Assembly: GCA_019828565.1 (NCBI GenBank)
Contig: JAHDYR010000035.1
Location: 165,390 to 229,389 of the forward strand
DNA from: Carpediemonas membranifera BICM
Taxonomy: Eukaryota > Protista > Fornicata
Length of the DNA: 64,000 nt
Reading direction: 5' to 3'
Shown here: piece by piece, positions 22,801 to 33,475 of the stretch
How the letters are laid out: every line of letters starts with the position of its first letter
How positions within the stretch are numbered: the stretch's first letter is position 1
The notes under the pieces: model-generated
Told to the model about the DNA's origin: nothing
Seen by the model: the letters and a program-made list of their open reading frames with translations, nothing else
Database searches by the model: none
Made by a program: the position numbers and the translations under genes

Positions 22801-25800
22801 TGTCCGACGCAGAGTCGTAGCACTGCTCACACATGGTGAAGACCGCCCGCTGGTTCCTGATGGCGGTGAGGTCGCCGACGAGGGCCTGGCGCTTGATGAA
22901 GGACTCGACGATGAGCTCAGGAGATATGAAGCCGACCAACTGGATCTGTGGATACAGTTTGATTAGCTCATTCCGCGCCTCGTTGCTCTTGCTGGACTTA
23001 TCGATGGTGTGGTGCTTCTCGAACTGGGCGCTGGCAACGTCATCAATGACATCCCACTGGTGAAGCTCTCTGCACGTCGCTGTCGCCATGCGGTGGATAT
23101 ACAGTTCCGTCGCGGGGTCAGCAATGGTTGCAACTCTCGTCCCATCCTCCCTCTTCGTGGACAGCTGCTTCGACACATCCAGCAGCAGCGGCTGGGCGAT
23201 GTTCCAATGGCCGAGCAGACCGGCGATCATCGCTGTTCTGAGCGGGCCGGCGACCCTGAGGGTGGGCGGGTCGCGGAGCAGGGTGGTGCGCATGTCCACG
23301 AGCTGCATGAAGCCGAGCATGTTCTCACTGCCAGCTACAGTCGCGTTGTAGATCTCAGCGGCCACCTCGCCCTTGCTGATCTCTCCAAGGGCACCCAGAT
23401 ACTCCTTGGTGGAGTTGGGGGCGGTCTCGGTCGGCAGAGTCGTCGCGAACGTGCCTTGGACCGGATTACCATCGCTCGTGTGCCTGTAGACAGACGGCAG
23501 TGCACCAAATGCGTTGTCATCATCGCCCATGTGGTAGAAAGCGCAGTCTCGCAGCACACGCCGCACGGCCAACGACTGGGGGTGGCCGTCAGTGAGCGCT
23601 CGCTCCACTATGGGCAGGGCCGCCATGCGGTGGAGGCTACGGCGAGTGACGAGGGCTTCGTACACCAGGGGGTCGGCCGATGTGATTGGCAGGGTGACCC
23701 TATCGAGGCATGCGACGAGGATGTCCTTGTAGCCCATGCCGTGGACGAAGTAAGCGGCGGCCATAGGGCCAGAGGGGTTGGGGGTGTCTTGGTATAGATG
23801 GCCGTAGATGATGCGGATGAGCTCGTTGCGGGCTGAAGGGAGGTCTTTGAGGACGTGGTCATACATGTTGACAAAGAGCTGAATGAAAACCTCCCGGCCG
23901 TTGAGCGGGGAGATCCGCAGAAGGCGCTCGATGGTGTCAACAACGTCATCGATGTTCAGCTGGAACACTGTGCGGGGCCAGACGGACGTAGTGACCTCTG
24001 AAACCTCGAGGGACATCAAGAACATTCGGGCAACGTGGGAAAGGAAGTGAGACTCGTAGACAAGAGTCCAGTTGAGCGAGCCGAGGATGGCCTGGAACCT
24101 GTTGGCAATCAGCCGGCATAGCGCCTGGTGTGGGTTGGCGGGCGGAGTCATGTCAACCTCGACGGTCACGACCGCCTGAGAGTCACCCGCGTCTGCCTTC
24201 CGCTTCTTCCTTGTGTTCCGCTTCCGTCCCGAGTCCGTGTGGCGAGTGTTAAGGTCGTTGCAATACTCGTCGTAGTAGAAGAGAGCGTCGTTGATAACGG
24301 ACCTGGCACCCTCGCCGTCGAGGTAGCAATCTCCAGAGACTGCCAGCACCCGTGTGGCCGCTGAGTGATCATAGTTCGGAAACGTTGTTGTCTGGATAAC
24401 TAGGAATGCCGTGCGACGGAAGGGCGGGTCTGCAATGCCCACAGTGCGGACGACAGGCGGTATCTTGATGGCGTACGCGATGTGTGTGAGGAAGTTGAAG
24501 ATACCAGAGCTTATCTCCTCAAACGGCGCGGCGCTGGCGATCGAGAGGCGGTTGTACACGAGCGGCTGGGTGTCCAGCGACGAGAGCGAGTCGAAATAGC
24601 AGCGGAACATCTCGCTAGGGGCCGTGTTGAAGGCTTCCTGGAACGGATGTGAGCTCCGCATGTCGTAGTTGTCAGGGGAGATCAACTCGGGGTCAGGAAT
24701 GACACCGAAGCCCACAGCTGCAAACCGCATGCACGCTCTGAGGGCATGCCGCGGCCTGCTCAGGATGTAGGACGAGTCCTGTCGGAACAGGACCTTAGTG
24801 TTCTCGATGACCTGGTTGAACAGCTTGACGTAGCGGCTGCTGATGTCCTTGCCGTGCTTGACCAGCATCATCATCGACTGGCGCTCCTGGTTGAAGAGGC
24901 CCGAGTCCCGGTTCCCGAGGGTGGAACGCACGACGCCCTTGAACCCCCGCACCTTGACCTCGAGCGCGCATCTAAACTGGTGGGCGATGTGGAGCGTGAG
25001 GTAGTCGATGCATAATGCGATGAGGATGTCCGTCTCGGTGGCGAGTTCCGAGTACATGTCGTGGCAGTCCTTGAGGGAGGGCGTGGAGGAGCCGCCTGAC
25101 CTAGCCTGGTACAGTGTTTCGACGGCGATGGCGTTGAAGTCGGTCGTGCACAGCTGTTGGAGGAGGAGGAGGACGACATCGACGCTCTGGTTGAGGATGC
25201 GAGTGTCATGACGGCCAATGGCTAGCAGCATCTTGATGTGCAGCTGGCAACCGACAACACCCTGGAACTGAACAGACATGTGTCTGTCCGCGGGTGAGCT
25301 CTCACGCCAACGCTTCTGGACGGCCTGGTGCTTGACCCATATGGACTGGGCCTTAGCCATCTTGGTCCTGAAATCGCTCAGGAAGCACTTACATGTGTCG
25401 ATCGTCTTCGTGACGAACAGCTCAAGCAGGGGGTCGCTGTTCTCCGTGCGGTGCGGCTTGTTCTTGAGGAGACGAATGACAAGTTCTGTCAGCGTGCAGT
25501 AGACGGGCGCCATGTCGGTCCAGCGTACGAACCGGGGAAGACGAAGGCCCTTGTCCTTGACCACCTTCATCGCAGGGTTGAACATGCCAGTGTCCATCTT
25601 GTCGGCAGCGTTGAAGGCAGGCATGAAGATCTCCACGAACTGATCGATACGCTTGCCGAAGTCGTTCATGAACGCCTGAATCTCCTGGTGTGCCATCTCC
25701 TGGGGCGAAGGGACGCTGAAGAATGCGCTCACGGCGTCCGTATTGTGGAGGCAGACCTGCAACATCTCCACCATTGGGAGTAACCGGGCAAAGGACTCGG

Positions 25801-28800
25801 GCTCAGAGTGACCGAGCTGCTTCTCCCGCTGATCAGGCATGATGAAGGCCTTGATGGTGTCCTCCTCCTTATCAGTGACGTATTTGAGAAAAACATCCCG
25901 CAGGAAGGGGATCTGGACCCGGGCCTCTGGCCATACCTCCGCAGCCCGTCTGAGGACAGCGACGGACCTTGTTTGGAGGGGTACTAGGGACTGGTAGTAC
26001 TGGGGTGACTGGAGACGGGCGCCATACATCACAAACATGCAGCAGACGCGGGATAGGACGAACGAGAAGCGGCTGATAATGTCCTGGTTGCTGTCACGGT
26101 CGCTGCGGTCGCTATCGTTGCCGTTGCCCCGGACATGCCAGGTGAGGCGGGTGTCGACGATCTCAACGAGGGGCATTAGGATCTCGGGCGAGTTCACCCG
26201 ACCAATCGTGAAGAAGATGACCGGATCCAGCGTGTCAACCAGCTTGTACAGCTCATAGGCGTGCTTCCTCATGAGCTGGAGAGCGAAAATGAGGGGGATG
26301 TGGTTGTTCATCCAGAGATTCGAGTTCGGCTGGAAACTCATGGCGTGGTGCAGCCTCTGACCGACGTGCATCCGGAGTTCGTCATATCTTGTCATGGTGC
26401 TGATAAGAATAGACGCCGCGGACTCCAGAACTGGGCCTGCGGTCTTCTCGAGGGTTCGATTCTTGAACACGTTGTCGAGCAGCTCCTTGATGACCTTGCC
26501 GTAGTCCGTATCAGGGATGATGCCCCTTATGAAGTCATGAGCCCTAGGATGGCACAAGAGTTGGGCTTCGAGCAGGTATGTCATATGGTCGATGTTGGCA
26601 GACATCACTGGGCCCCCGATGACGCCGGGCGTGGTGAGCATGGCGATGAGGGTGCGGCGTTGCTCCTCAGTGAACGCGTCAGGCAAGTGCATGCCGATGT
26701 TCTGAACGATGATGATGAGGAGGGCAAGCTGCTCTTGTCGGAGGCCCTCAGGGGCAGCTGGGTCGTTCAACAGCTCGACACCGACCTGAGGTCTCGGGGG
26801 GTTAGTGATGCCGCATAAAAGGATGACCGTCTTCAGCGCTGGCATGATAGCCTCGTAATCGTTTGTGTGTCTTGCCCTGTTGAGGATTTCGGCGGTAATC
26901 GGCTGCATCACGTGGCGCAGGACGCTCGGGGTGACCGGACTGAAGGGGCTGGGGGACTGCCTGGCGCCGTCCTTTGCTTGGACGGGACAGAAAGTGTGCA
27001 GGGCGTTGAGCTCTCCAGCCATAACGTGCTGGATCGCTACAAGCTCAGCAGTGGGGGCATTGCGGCAGAGGTCCGCCACCACATCGCGGACGATAAAAGC
27101 CTCGTGGATGCAATACGACAGGGCAAACGGAAGGGTCTTGCAGAAGATGGCGCGGAGTTCCTTCGCTGTCATAACACCCTCGATGGGGGGCTCGGCAGCA
27201 TGCTTGGCGTCTAGTTCCAAGAGAGTGCCGTCACACGCGAGGATCGTGAAGCCTCTCAACACGGCCAGTGCTAGCGGTCTGCTGCGGCTATCGAACACCC
27301 ACTGGCCATGCTGGATGGCCCGGGGCGTGTTGTGGAGGTTGGAGGTCATGGATAGATGCTTCCTGAAGTCGTCGACGAGTCGGACAATAAATGGCGACGT
27401 GATGAGCTTCGTCGGGACCGCCGCCGTCACCCTTGCCAGGATACTGACAAACACCTGGAAATACGTGTCACGCTCCTCCGCCCTGAAGTAGAGGTAGAGT
27501 CCCCTGACGTCCTCGTCGGTGATGGCCTGGATGACAGTCTCTCCGTCGGGCGAGTGCATGATATCGAACACGATCTGTCCCCACACGCGGATGGCGGTAC
27601 GGGCCTGGGTCCAACGAACGAGGGCCTCTTCCTTGGCACGGCGGTCAGACGCCTTGTCGACAATGCTGCGCTGCTCATCGCCGAGAGCGCATGTCTCCTG
27701 CATCACCGAGCGGGATCCCTTGACGGCGTTGGAGTTATTGCTCTCATACCGGCACAGCGCGACAAACAGGGCAGTCGGGTTGAACCCAGCAGCCCTGCCC
27801 AACGCCGCAGTGAACGGCGCCAGAGAGGGGTCGGTCCGTGGTGTGTCGTACGTGTCCCTGCGGACGTTCTCGGCCGGAATCAACACAGGAGCGGTGATGT
27901 TGTGGCGGGGAATGGCAGGGGGCTTCATGCAGGTCTGGCGCTGCAGGTTGAAGCCGATCGTCCGAGCCAGTGTCAAGATGCTCTTGTACACATCCTTAGG
28001 GGTCTGGCCGGCACTGTCAACGGCGGTGGGCTCCGTAGCGGCCGACACGACCAGACCGAGCTCGATGAGTCCCGAGATGTGCTCCTGGATGAACCTGTAG
28101 GCGTTCCCGTCGATTGCAGCGTCTGTGCTTGGCTTATACAGGACCGACAGCAGAGGATGGTGGTACTCCTCGTGGCCAAGCTTCTCCAGCTCGCGTTGGA
28201 TCAGACCGGCGAAGTCCAGCGGGACAGCGAGGTTCATACCAACGGCAGCAAGTGTCTTCACCGTTCGAATCAGCCGCAGGATCGGGATGTGGGCCCGGCA
28301 GGGGTCGATGGCGCTTGACATCTGTTGTGTCTGTGGCCTCTGAAGCGGCCGGTTTGTGACCGGGATATCGATGGAGACGGCGCTAGAGAGGGTCTCTGGC
28401 TTCAGCTCCTCTGCGATGATTCCAGTCAGCTGCTGCAGGTCCATAGCCTGGAGGGCTTGCAGCGCTTCGGGCAGGCGTTCGATGACTACGTCGCCGAACT
28501 TGAGCTCTGTCTTGAGCGCTGCTCCCAACAGTGCTTGGAACATTAGGAAGATGTTATCGATGAGGTCCGGGTGGTCTGGAAGATGAATGATCACGGAGAG
28601 GATGAACCTGCACATCGAGCACAGCGCATTGGAGTCGGCCGTCGTCCCCTCAGCCGTCACGGGCAGAGACATAGTGCGGGGTCGGGCGATTACGGCCCTA
28701 TGGTCAGCGTTGGCGACCATCCTGGCGAGGGACGTGGCGAAGGTGCCTATTCTGCGAACAGAGGAACGAAGGTCGCTGAGCTTGAGCTTGCCGTACTTGC

Positions 28801-31800
28801 CCAGGACGTTGATGATGGCAGCCAGGCCGAAACACACGGGGAGGACGGAGTCGTTCGTCATCGGCACGGCGATGCTCCCCTCGGGCGAATCTCCTGTGAG
28901 TCGGGTCTCGACGTGCCCGATGATCGTCGCCACCGTGGAGTCCGACGGGCCATTGGGGGCCTCGTCGAGGAGCTCAGCGAAGAGTGTGGCGGCCTGATGG
29001 TGTCGGCTCGTGAAAACCAGGTCAAGGATGGTCCGAACGATGTCGGTACCGTCAGCCTGAGTGTCTGCCCGCCTAACGCCAGTGATGCCGCGGGCTAGGC
29101 GGCCAATGTCGGCAAGAGGCTTGTGGATCAGAGCGTCGCAATGCGCGTTGGCCGAGTGTGCGAGGGCCTTGAGGGCCGTGTCAGCAGTGCGGCCTGCATA
29201 CACAAGGCACGTGTCCTTGGCGAGGAGATGGGTCATCAGGTCCCTGCAGCGGTCGTGTACCGCGTACGAAGGGGTGGCCATGGCATCCGACAGCCGGTCG
29301 ACCATGAGCTGACCCACCCGACCCTGCTCCTCAGGATCTGAGTTGAGACCCTCAAACACAGCCTTCAGGGCAGCAACAGCCCTACTGACAGCGGTACGGC
29401 CGGTAGCGTTGGGCTCCGGGATGGTTGGGAGCAGGGGGTCAGTCACCAGCTCGAGAAGGGCCCGGACAGAGCATAGTGGGGCAACGTGACACACTTCTTC
29501 GGTGCAGATGGAGTCGAAGGCGCCGGGCTGGGCCATGACTGCAGTCAGATACGACTCAATCTCTGACAGAGTCGGGCCAGATACGGCCTCGGGAAGTTCG
29601 AACAGGATCCTGAATGCAGTAGTGATCATTTTGACAGCAGCCTCGTTCATTTCACCGACAGTACGACCGATGACTCCCCTGAATGCGGCTGTGGAGGGGT
29701 TGAAGTCAGGCAGCGTGTACCTCTCCCCTCTGATCTGCATGTCGCTGGACGGTATACCCGCCACAGCAGCGAATACGAGCCTGACAGACGATAGGGCAGT
29801 CTTCTGGCTGTCCTCGCTGGTCAAGTCGGTCTCACCCGCTTCCATGTCACGCCAGAGGTTCTCCATGAGTGGGGCGATGTCGAGGGTGAGGGCGTGTGTG
29901 GCATCAGGCCGCTGCTCCCTTAGCACAACCGCCAGCACGTTAATGGTGATCTCAAATGGCATGGGTGGCTTGGGGTTCGTGGCCGAGGGAGCAAGGGGTG
30001 CCAGGAAACTGGCCTTGGCCTTCGACCCGAGATTACCGAGGACAAAGAGGGTGTCCCTCACGACGTTGCCGTCCAGGATGTCGACCTGTGCCCCGGGCGA
30101 CCTGTCCGTGGATGAGCTGGTCAGGGTCTGCTGGGCAAACGGCTTGGGGCTCTTGGTCTTGAGGACCTGGGTCAGAGCCTGGACGAGATCCTCGACGTGA
30201 GGGCCGAGCTTGGCAAGACAGGCATCCTCGCTGGTGAGGCGGATAACGCTGTTGAGCTGGCTGGCAACAGTGGCGATATCTGCAGCAGTGCCGACTGTGG
30301 CAAGTTGGACCATCCTTGGGACAATGAGATCGAGATATTCGAGCATCGCCGTGGGATGAACGGGCGGCGCGGCAAGGATGTCAAGCACCATGAGCGCCAG
30401 GTTGAGGTTGTCACGGTGGGCGTCTAGCAGGGGGGCGAGGTGTGTGAACAACAAGGGGAGGGCCCGACTGACAGCGGTGATCATGGTCGCGGACGACTCA
30501 AGCTGTCGAGTCGAGTTATCACGAGCAAGCTTGATGACGCGGGACAGGAGGATCACAGCCCTCTTTGGATCAGGGATGGCGCCGACGATGACGGCAACAT
30601 CCCATACGAACTCAGACAGTCTGGAGGCCGTCACGGCGATGCTGATCTCGAGCCCACCGTCCGGGTCATGATCTCTGAAGAGCGTGTCGATAAACAGGGT
30701 CGCGACAGTCAGGACGGCACGAACCTTGTTGAGGCTGACATCTACCCCGCTGTCGAGCTCGAGGGCAAGTGAGTGGACAGCATCGAAGACAATGTGTCCT
30801 GCCTCGGCCCAGCCGTCGATGACCCAGTTGATGAAGGCCGCCACGGGTGTCTGGTAGAGGATGAAGGACTGGCTGTACTCTGGTGCAACGCCCTCGATTA
30901 CCTCTATGATGTGAGGCATCGCCCGCGATAGCTTAGCGTGCAGCATGTCCGGGTTGAGGAGCGAGAGGAACTGGATGATGCGGCGGGGCGGGTCGAATCG
31001 CTGGAACCGCGTCAGAGCAGTGCCTCTTGGCTGGTCGATCAGCATGGGTGTGCTGGCGATGTCGAGGAGGAGGGCCAACGCCCGGTCCATGGTCTCATCG
31101 ATCTCAGGCTGGAGGATGGTCCAGAGATGGCTCATCGTGTTGGCGTACGTCGAGACGGTCTGGTAAGCAGCCAGCTTGCCGTCGAGGTTCTCCGAGATCT
31201 TCCCACCGTTAAAGTTCATGACCAAACCCGCTTCGATGATCTCCTTCGCTGCCCTAGCAACTGCGCTGTCTTCGTCGCCCCGTTCGAACTTGGAACATAC
31301 GACCATGTACTCGGCCAGAGAGTAAACGGTGTAGTACACCACATCCATGACCCAGTATACCAGCGTGGCGATCGCTGTGGGGGCAAGCTGGGACGAAGCA
31401 TGTTCGGGCTTGAACCTGTCGTAGCCACGGCCGCAGTTGAACAGGCCGGTGAGCGTCTTGAGGGCCTTGACCTCTTCGTCGTCGTCGGGCTTGGTCTGGC
31501 TATACGGGCTTGTTGTGTGGTGGCGGGAGAAGATGTGGCGGTCGGTAAAGATGCGCGAGACCTTATCCTGCACGGCGGAGACGCATGAAAATCCCTCCTG
31601 GGCCTCCTTCGCGTCCTTAGCGTAGAGGGTGGCAGGTGGGACGAGCAGAGTCGACATAAACTGCTCAGCAATGGCCAGGTATGCCCTGCCGACGGACCGG
31701 ACGAAACTTGCCCTAGCACTGATGGCCTTGCGCCTGTCCGTCGCGTTCTGGTGGTTGGGTGCAGCTCCCGCGGTGATAACGGTGCTGTTGAAGTCCTTAG

Positions 31801-33169
31801 CAATCCTCTCGACCACGTCCCTGAACCTCTGGGCTGACTGGATAATGCTTGTCGGGGCCAGCCCGATCTCATGGACGCGTCTACCTAGCCAGAGGTCGAC
31901 AAGAGAGCGCGTGGTCTCCTGCCACTCAGGGTCATCTGGCTGGAGGGGGCCAAGGACAAGTTTGACGATGAGTGTCTCAAAGTTGGTCAGGGTAGTGACC
32001 CCATGCACCTCATTGAGGAGCACAGACATGTCACCAACCACGCCCTCGAGCTTGAGAGTGCCCAGGCTCTTCCTCATCGCGACCAGGGCGATCGAGTCAG
32101 CCCTGTCAGATGGCCGACCAAGGGAGCGGGGCGGGGGTAGGATGTACTGGCAATAAGTCATGACTTCCCTTCGGATGGTAGCTAGGTGGGGGAATGCGGC
32201 GTTCACCGAGAGGATGTTGATGTATGACGTGACGATCATCTGCATGCGGTCCTTGATATCCTTGTCGCTCATGATACGACGCTGGTTGCTGTCGAGGAAG
32301 TACTGTCGGAATGCCAGGAGCGTGCATGTCAGCTTGAACTGCGAGAGATGAAACACCGTGGTGGCGTCAACGGTGGCGGGGGTAACGGTTATGGGGATCA
32401 GCGTGCCCAGGAAATTCATCTGAACGTTCTGGAACATATCCACCGCCTGCTTCAGGAGCTGGCGCGTGCTTTCGTCAGGCTGGCTCGAGTAAACGGCCCG
32501 ACCCATCGATGACCTGAGGACGTCCTGGGTCTGGTGGTGGAGATGCTGGAACATGTTGGTGAAGTTCTTCAGCACCATGAAGGACTCATTGCCCGGCTTG
32601 AGCCCCGTGGCGGCGGGTTGGTACCGGGAGGGAGCAGCCTGGTCCCATGAGCGGATTAGTCGCTCGCATGACTCGAACAGCTTGGGAAGGATCTCGGTAA
32701 TCTGCTTGAAGAGTCGGAGGATCATAGATGGGATGGGGACGGACCTAACGATGACGAAAAGGAAGAGAGAGAGCGGCTCGGCAATGTCCGCGGAATCTCC
32801 GTGGGCAAGGTCGAGGGCCTGGACGAGACACTTCTCAGCAATGTCCTGCTTGTTGTTGGAGTTGAAGAAGACCTCCACGTGAACCGAGGAGACAATGTCG
32901 GCCACGGCGTGTCGGAATCGATGCTCATCATCGTCCTCTAAAATCGAGTTCCTAGAGCGTCTGAACGACTCGTTGGCTTCTATAAGTAGCGGGAGGAGCA
33001 GCTTTTCGTGGAACTCAATCACAGACTCGTTATCGTAGATGGTTCGGTACAAATGAAGCGCGCTCTTGGCAATATCGGTCAGATTGAGCGGACTTTGACC
33101 CTTCTTCGTATTATCAAGCTGCGTCTTCAACGCAAGCATGCCTGTTCTCGATTCTCGAGACGGTTGCAT
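19892..33169 (-). CDS. TRRAP: TRRAP/Tra1-like PIKK-family pseudokinase scaffold, 4425 aa, highly divergent
   Basis: Size and HEAT/FAT-like helical composition. Recognisable blocks: EHRFRHAVADIV, ESFMVLKNF, ATIRREVM, LFVLGNLGSK, LNWTLVYESHFL. The degenerate kinase-like C-terminus has no catalytic motifs, and there is a short FATC-like VDQLVEDA. Assignment is by eye. Confidence 0.72.
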   Translation of the reverse strand: MQPSRESRTGMLALKTQLDNTKKGQSPLNLTDIAKSALHLYRTIYDNESVIEFHEKLLLPLLIEANESFRRSRNSILEDDDEHRFRHAVADIVSSVHVEVFFNSNNKQDIAEKCLVQALDLAHGDSADIAEPLSLFLFVIVRSVPIPSMILRLFKQITEILPKLFESCERLIRSWDQAAPSRYQPAATGLKPGNESFMVLKNFTNMFQHLHHQTQDVLRSSMGRAVYSSQPDESTRQLLKQAVDMFQNVQMNFLGTLIPITVTPATVDATTVFHLSQFKLTCTLLAFRQYFLDSNQRRIMSDKDIKDRMQMIVTSYINILSVNAAFPHLATIRREVMTYCQYILPPPRSLGRPSDRADSIALVAMRKSLGTLKLEGVVGDMSVLLNEVHGVTTLTNFETLIVKLVLGPLQPDDPEWQETTRSLVDLWLGRRVHEIGLAPTSIIQSAQRFRDVVERIAKDFNSTVITAGAAPNHQNATDRRKAISARASFVRSVGRAYLAIAEQFMSTLLVPPATLYAKDAKEAQEGFSCVSAVQDKVSRIFTDRHIFSRHHTTSPYSQTKPDDDEEVKALKTLTGLFNCGRGYDRFKPEHASSQLAPTAIATLVYWVMDVVYYTVYSLAEYMVVCSKFERGDEDSAVARAAKEIIEAGLVMNFNGGKISENLDGKLAAYQTVSTYANTMSHLWTILQPEIDETMDRALALLLDIASTPMLIDQPRGTALTRFQRFDPPRRIIQFLSLLNPDMLHAKLSRAMPHIIEVIEGVAPEYSQSFILYQTPVAAFINWVIDGWAEAGHIVFDAVHSLALELDSGVDVSLNKVRAVLTVATLFIDTLFRDHDPDGGLEISIAVTASRLSEFVWDVAVIVGAIPDPKRAVILLSRVIKLARDNSTRQLESSATMITAVSRALPLLFTHLAPLLDAHRDNLNLALMVLDILAAPPVHPTAMLEYLDLIVPRMVQLATVGTAADIATVASQLNSVIRLTSEDACLAKLGPHVEDLVQALTQVLKTKSPKPFAQQTLTSSSTDRSPGAQVDILDGNVVRDTLFVLGNLGSKAKASFLAPLAPSATNPKPPMPFEITINVLAVVLREQRPDATHALTLDIAPLMENLWRDMEAGETDLTSEDSQKTALSSVRLVFAAVAGIPSSDMQIRGERYTLPDFNPSTAAFRGVIGRTVGEMNEAAVKMITTAFRILFELPEAVSGPTLSEIESYLTAVMAQPGAFDSICTEEVCHVAPLCSVRALLELVTDPLLPTIPEPNATGRTAVSRAVAALKAVFEGLNSDPEEQGRVGQLMVDRLSDAMATPSYAVHDRCRDLMTHLLAKDTCLVYAGRTADTALKALAHSANAHCDALIHKPLADIGRLARGITGVRRADTQADGTDIVRTILDLVFTSRHHQAATLFAELLDEAPNGPSDSTVATIIGHVETRLTGDSPEGSIAVPMTNDSVLPVCFGLAAIINVLGKYGKLKLSDLRSSVRRIGTFATSLARMVANADHRAVIARPRTMSLPVTAEGTTADSNALCSMCRFILSVIIHLPDHPDLIDNIFLMFQALLGAALKTELKFGDVVIERLPEALQALQAMDLQQLTGIIAEELKPETLSSAVSIDIPVTNRPLQRPQTQQMSSAIDPCRAHIPILRLIRTVKTLAAVGMNLAVPLDFAGLIQRELEKLGHEEYHHPLLSVLYKPSTDAAIDGNAYRFIQEHISGLIELGLVVSAATEPTAVDSAGQTPKDVYKSILTLARTIGFNLQRQTCMKPPAIPRHNITAPVLIPAENVRRDTYDTPRTDPSLAPFTAALGRAAGFNPTALFVALCRYESNNSNAVKGSRSVMQETCALGDEQRSIVDKASDRRAKEEALVRWTQARTAIRVWGQIVFDIMHSPDGETVIQAITDEDVRGLYLYFRAEERDTYFQVFVSILARVTAAVPTKLITSPFIVRLVDDFRKHLSMTSNLHNTPRAIQHGQWVFDSRSRPLALAVLRGFTILACDGTLLELDAKHAAEPPIEGVMTAKELRAIFCKTLPFALSYCIHEAFIVRDVVADLCRNAPTAELVAIQHVMAGELNALHTFCPVQAKDGARQSPSPFSPVTPSVLRHVMQPITAEILNRARHTNDYEAIMPALKTVILLCGITNPPRPQVGVELLNDPAAPEGLRQEQLALLIIIVQNIGMHLPDAFTEEQRRTLIAMLTTPGVIGGPVMSANIDHMTYLLEAQLLCHPRAHDFIRGIIPDTDYGKVIKELLDNVFKNRTLEKTAGPVLESAASILISTMTRYDELRMHVGQRLHHAMSFQPNSNLWMNNHIPLIFALQLMRKHAYELYKLVDTLDPVIFFTIGRVNSPEILMPLVEIVDTRLTWHVRGNGNDSDRSDRDSNQDIISRFSFVLSRVCCMFVMYGARLQSPQYYQSLVPLQTRSVAVLRRAAEVWPEARVQIPFLRDVFLKYVTDKEEDTIKAFIMPDQREKQLGHSEPESFARLLPMVEMLQVCLHNTDAVSAFFSVPSPQEMAHQEIQAFMNDFGKRIDQFVEIFMPAFNAADKMDTGMFNPAMKVVKDKGLRLPRFVRWTDMAPVYCTLTELVIRLLKNKPHRTENSDPLLELFVTKTIDTCKCFLSDFRTKMAKAQSIWVKHQAVQKRWRESSPADRHMSVQFQGVVGCQLHIKMLLAIGRHDTRILNQSVDVVLLLLQQLCTTDFNAIAVETLYQARSGGSSTPSLKDCHDMYSELATETDILIALCIDYLTLHIAHQFRCALEVKVRGFKGVVRSTLGNRDSGLFNQERQSMMMLVKHGKDISSRYVKLFNQVIENTKVLFRQDSSYILSRPRHALRACMRFAAVGFGVIPDPELISPDNYDMRSSHPFQEAFNTAPSEMFRCYFDSLSSLDTQPLVYNRLSIASAAPFEEISSGIFNFLTHIAYAIKIPPVVRTVGIADPPFRRTAFLVIQTTTFPNYDHSAATRVLAVSGDCYLDGEGARSVINDALFYYDEYCNDLNTRHTDSGRKRNTRKKRKADAGDSQAVVTVEVDMTPPANPHQALCRLIANRFQAILGSLNWTLVYESHFLSHVARMFLMSLEVSEVTTSVWPRTVFQLNIDDVVDTIERLLRISPLNGREVFIQLFVNMYDHVLKDLPSARNELIRIIYGHLYQDTPNPSGPMAAAYFVHGMGYKDILVACLDRVTLPITSADPLVYEALVTRRSLHRMAALPIVERALTDGHPQSLAVRRVLRDCAFYHMGDDDNAFGALPSVYRHTSDGNPVQGTFATTLPTETAPNSTKEYLGALGEISKGEVAAEIYNATVAGSENMLGFMQLVDMRTTLLRDPPTLRVAGPLRTAMIAGLLGHWNIAQPLLLDVSKQLSTKREDGTRVATIADPATELYIHRMATATCRELHQWDVIDDVASAQFEKHHTIDKSSKSNEARNELIKLYPQIQLVGFISPELIVESFIKRQALVGDLTAIRNQRAVFTMCEQCYDSASDTTFSSAPLSMLLWTSLAYILDYTMETEYRGNTERFISMLFTRCLDMLTQTAHTHGVQSVVLRIAQMVSELSLITSCARKHEDTQFYKHTSGASHLSQIMPLLTQRMPAKWEGISAFSDAVTFRTLVLLFIYKLFNNELLPDRPPQQQQRRPPFMTNITAIRSTLFRRMRMAGLAMAAMNATTIRSDQEQSTTLELNFFVLRERILSAMTASSTWFSFDCAIHGLGDMKTWSREVIAKNPTTGLIKSETVRLRVMASLKAGMRSGHAVDLLNVATSISPDNYLAWGDLSRELANLAAQQSTAEQAFSFAITANSAALRALTAINTPTKVQTLLLPMLVHLADPNLPAAVREAMAEQLIAMLPSLSSSLAIHLTPQLIGILRITELQAVRRAVAGLLCISSLIRREEVLYQCRALAVETSDAVDGVMIQTFVNQAIKSWWGTEKFVWGVLSDKSPHKFTAPADTACFVISFIFATKPALAIAANSVAAGLAKLRDVVSPFDWLTWAITQMIAKPGTHADKAILETVVELIKDAQAKGEIPQKDAAKWAALFDPRSPPSRQSLQQCLKSISTLPRRAQRLPSVLLNIRPNTVAAPVIRPRQPHQSSHDVLYVLRGTVERLMKEVPYVDTPPVMFNLESPTFTVSDVCGLPAAQLSLRTAPVLADDTISTQAGRAHLMTLAVLLTPPAGLAALLPSSIAQSSCPADPLEPMPGVIRSLVAAGATNAGLFDHVIAAPNLIKRGFTSGYHMPCQISSTAACIAYVSGPTVSMHELAAVHSPGRQQAYRMPTHVPSLPSDAPKHEDGALAAHLARSVDPGVAWTARTAIAHAVAANLTLSHIYGVMAKTGDSPDTTVDVSRGLAHSIGGVFSPAASHRALRLLLGPVLPHGTVAALIRSISEAILRPKYRVAELMALNRMLWCGDTRQSAQIFANSALTEARALFPDLTAKDLSCECFDFVDQLVEDALDLKLGQV

Positions 33170-33475
33170 GACGTCGTCGTCGCTTGCTTCGAATTACGTG
33201 ATATATAAATGAAATGGAGGTCTCAAATGCACGGAGTAACGTCGTAGTAGGGTATAAACACACATAGGGTGGCTTGCATCGCTTTATCGGACCTCCAACG
33301 GGCAATCAAACTCAGCCAGCCAACCATTCAAACAACACGATTCATTCACCAGCATTAATCGCCATACTTGACCTATATGACGGCCAGTGTGTGTATATGT
33401 GCGCGGTTCTTGACTGTACCGACCCAGGCCAATACGCCACTCCTGCGGATTTGCAGGTGAGCGCCAAACGACAAG

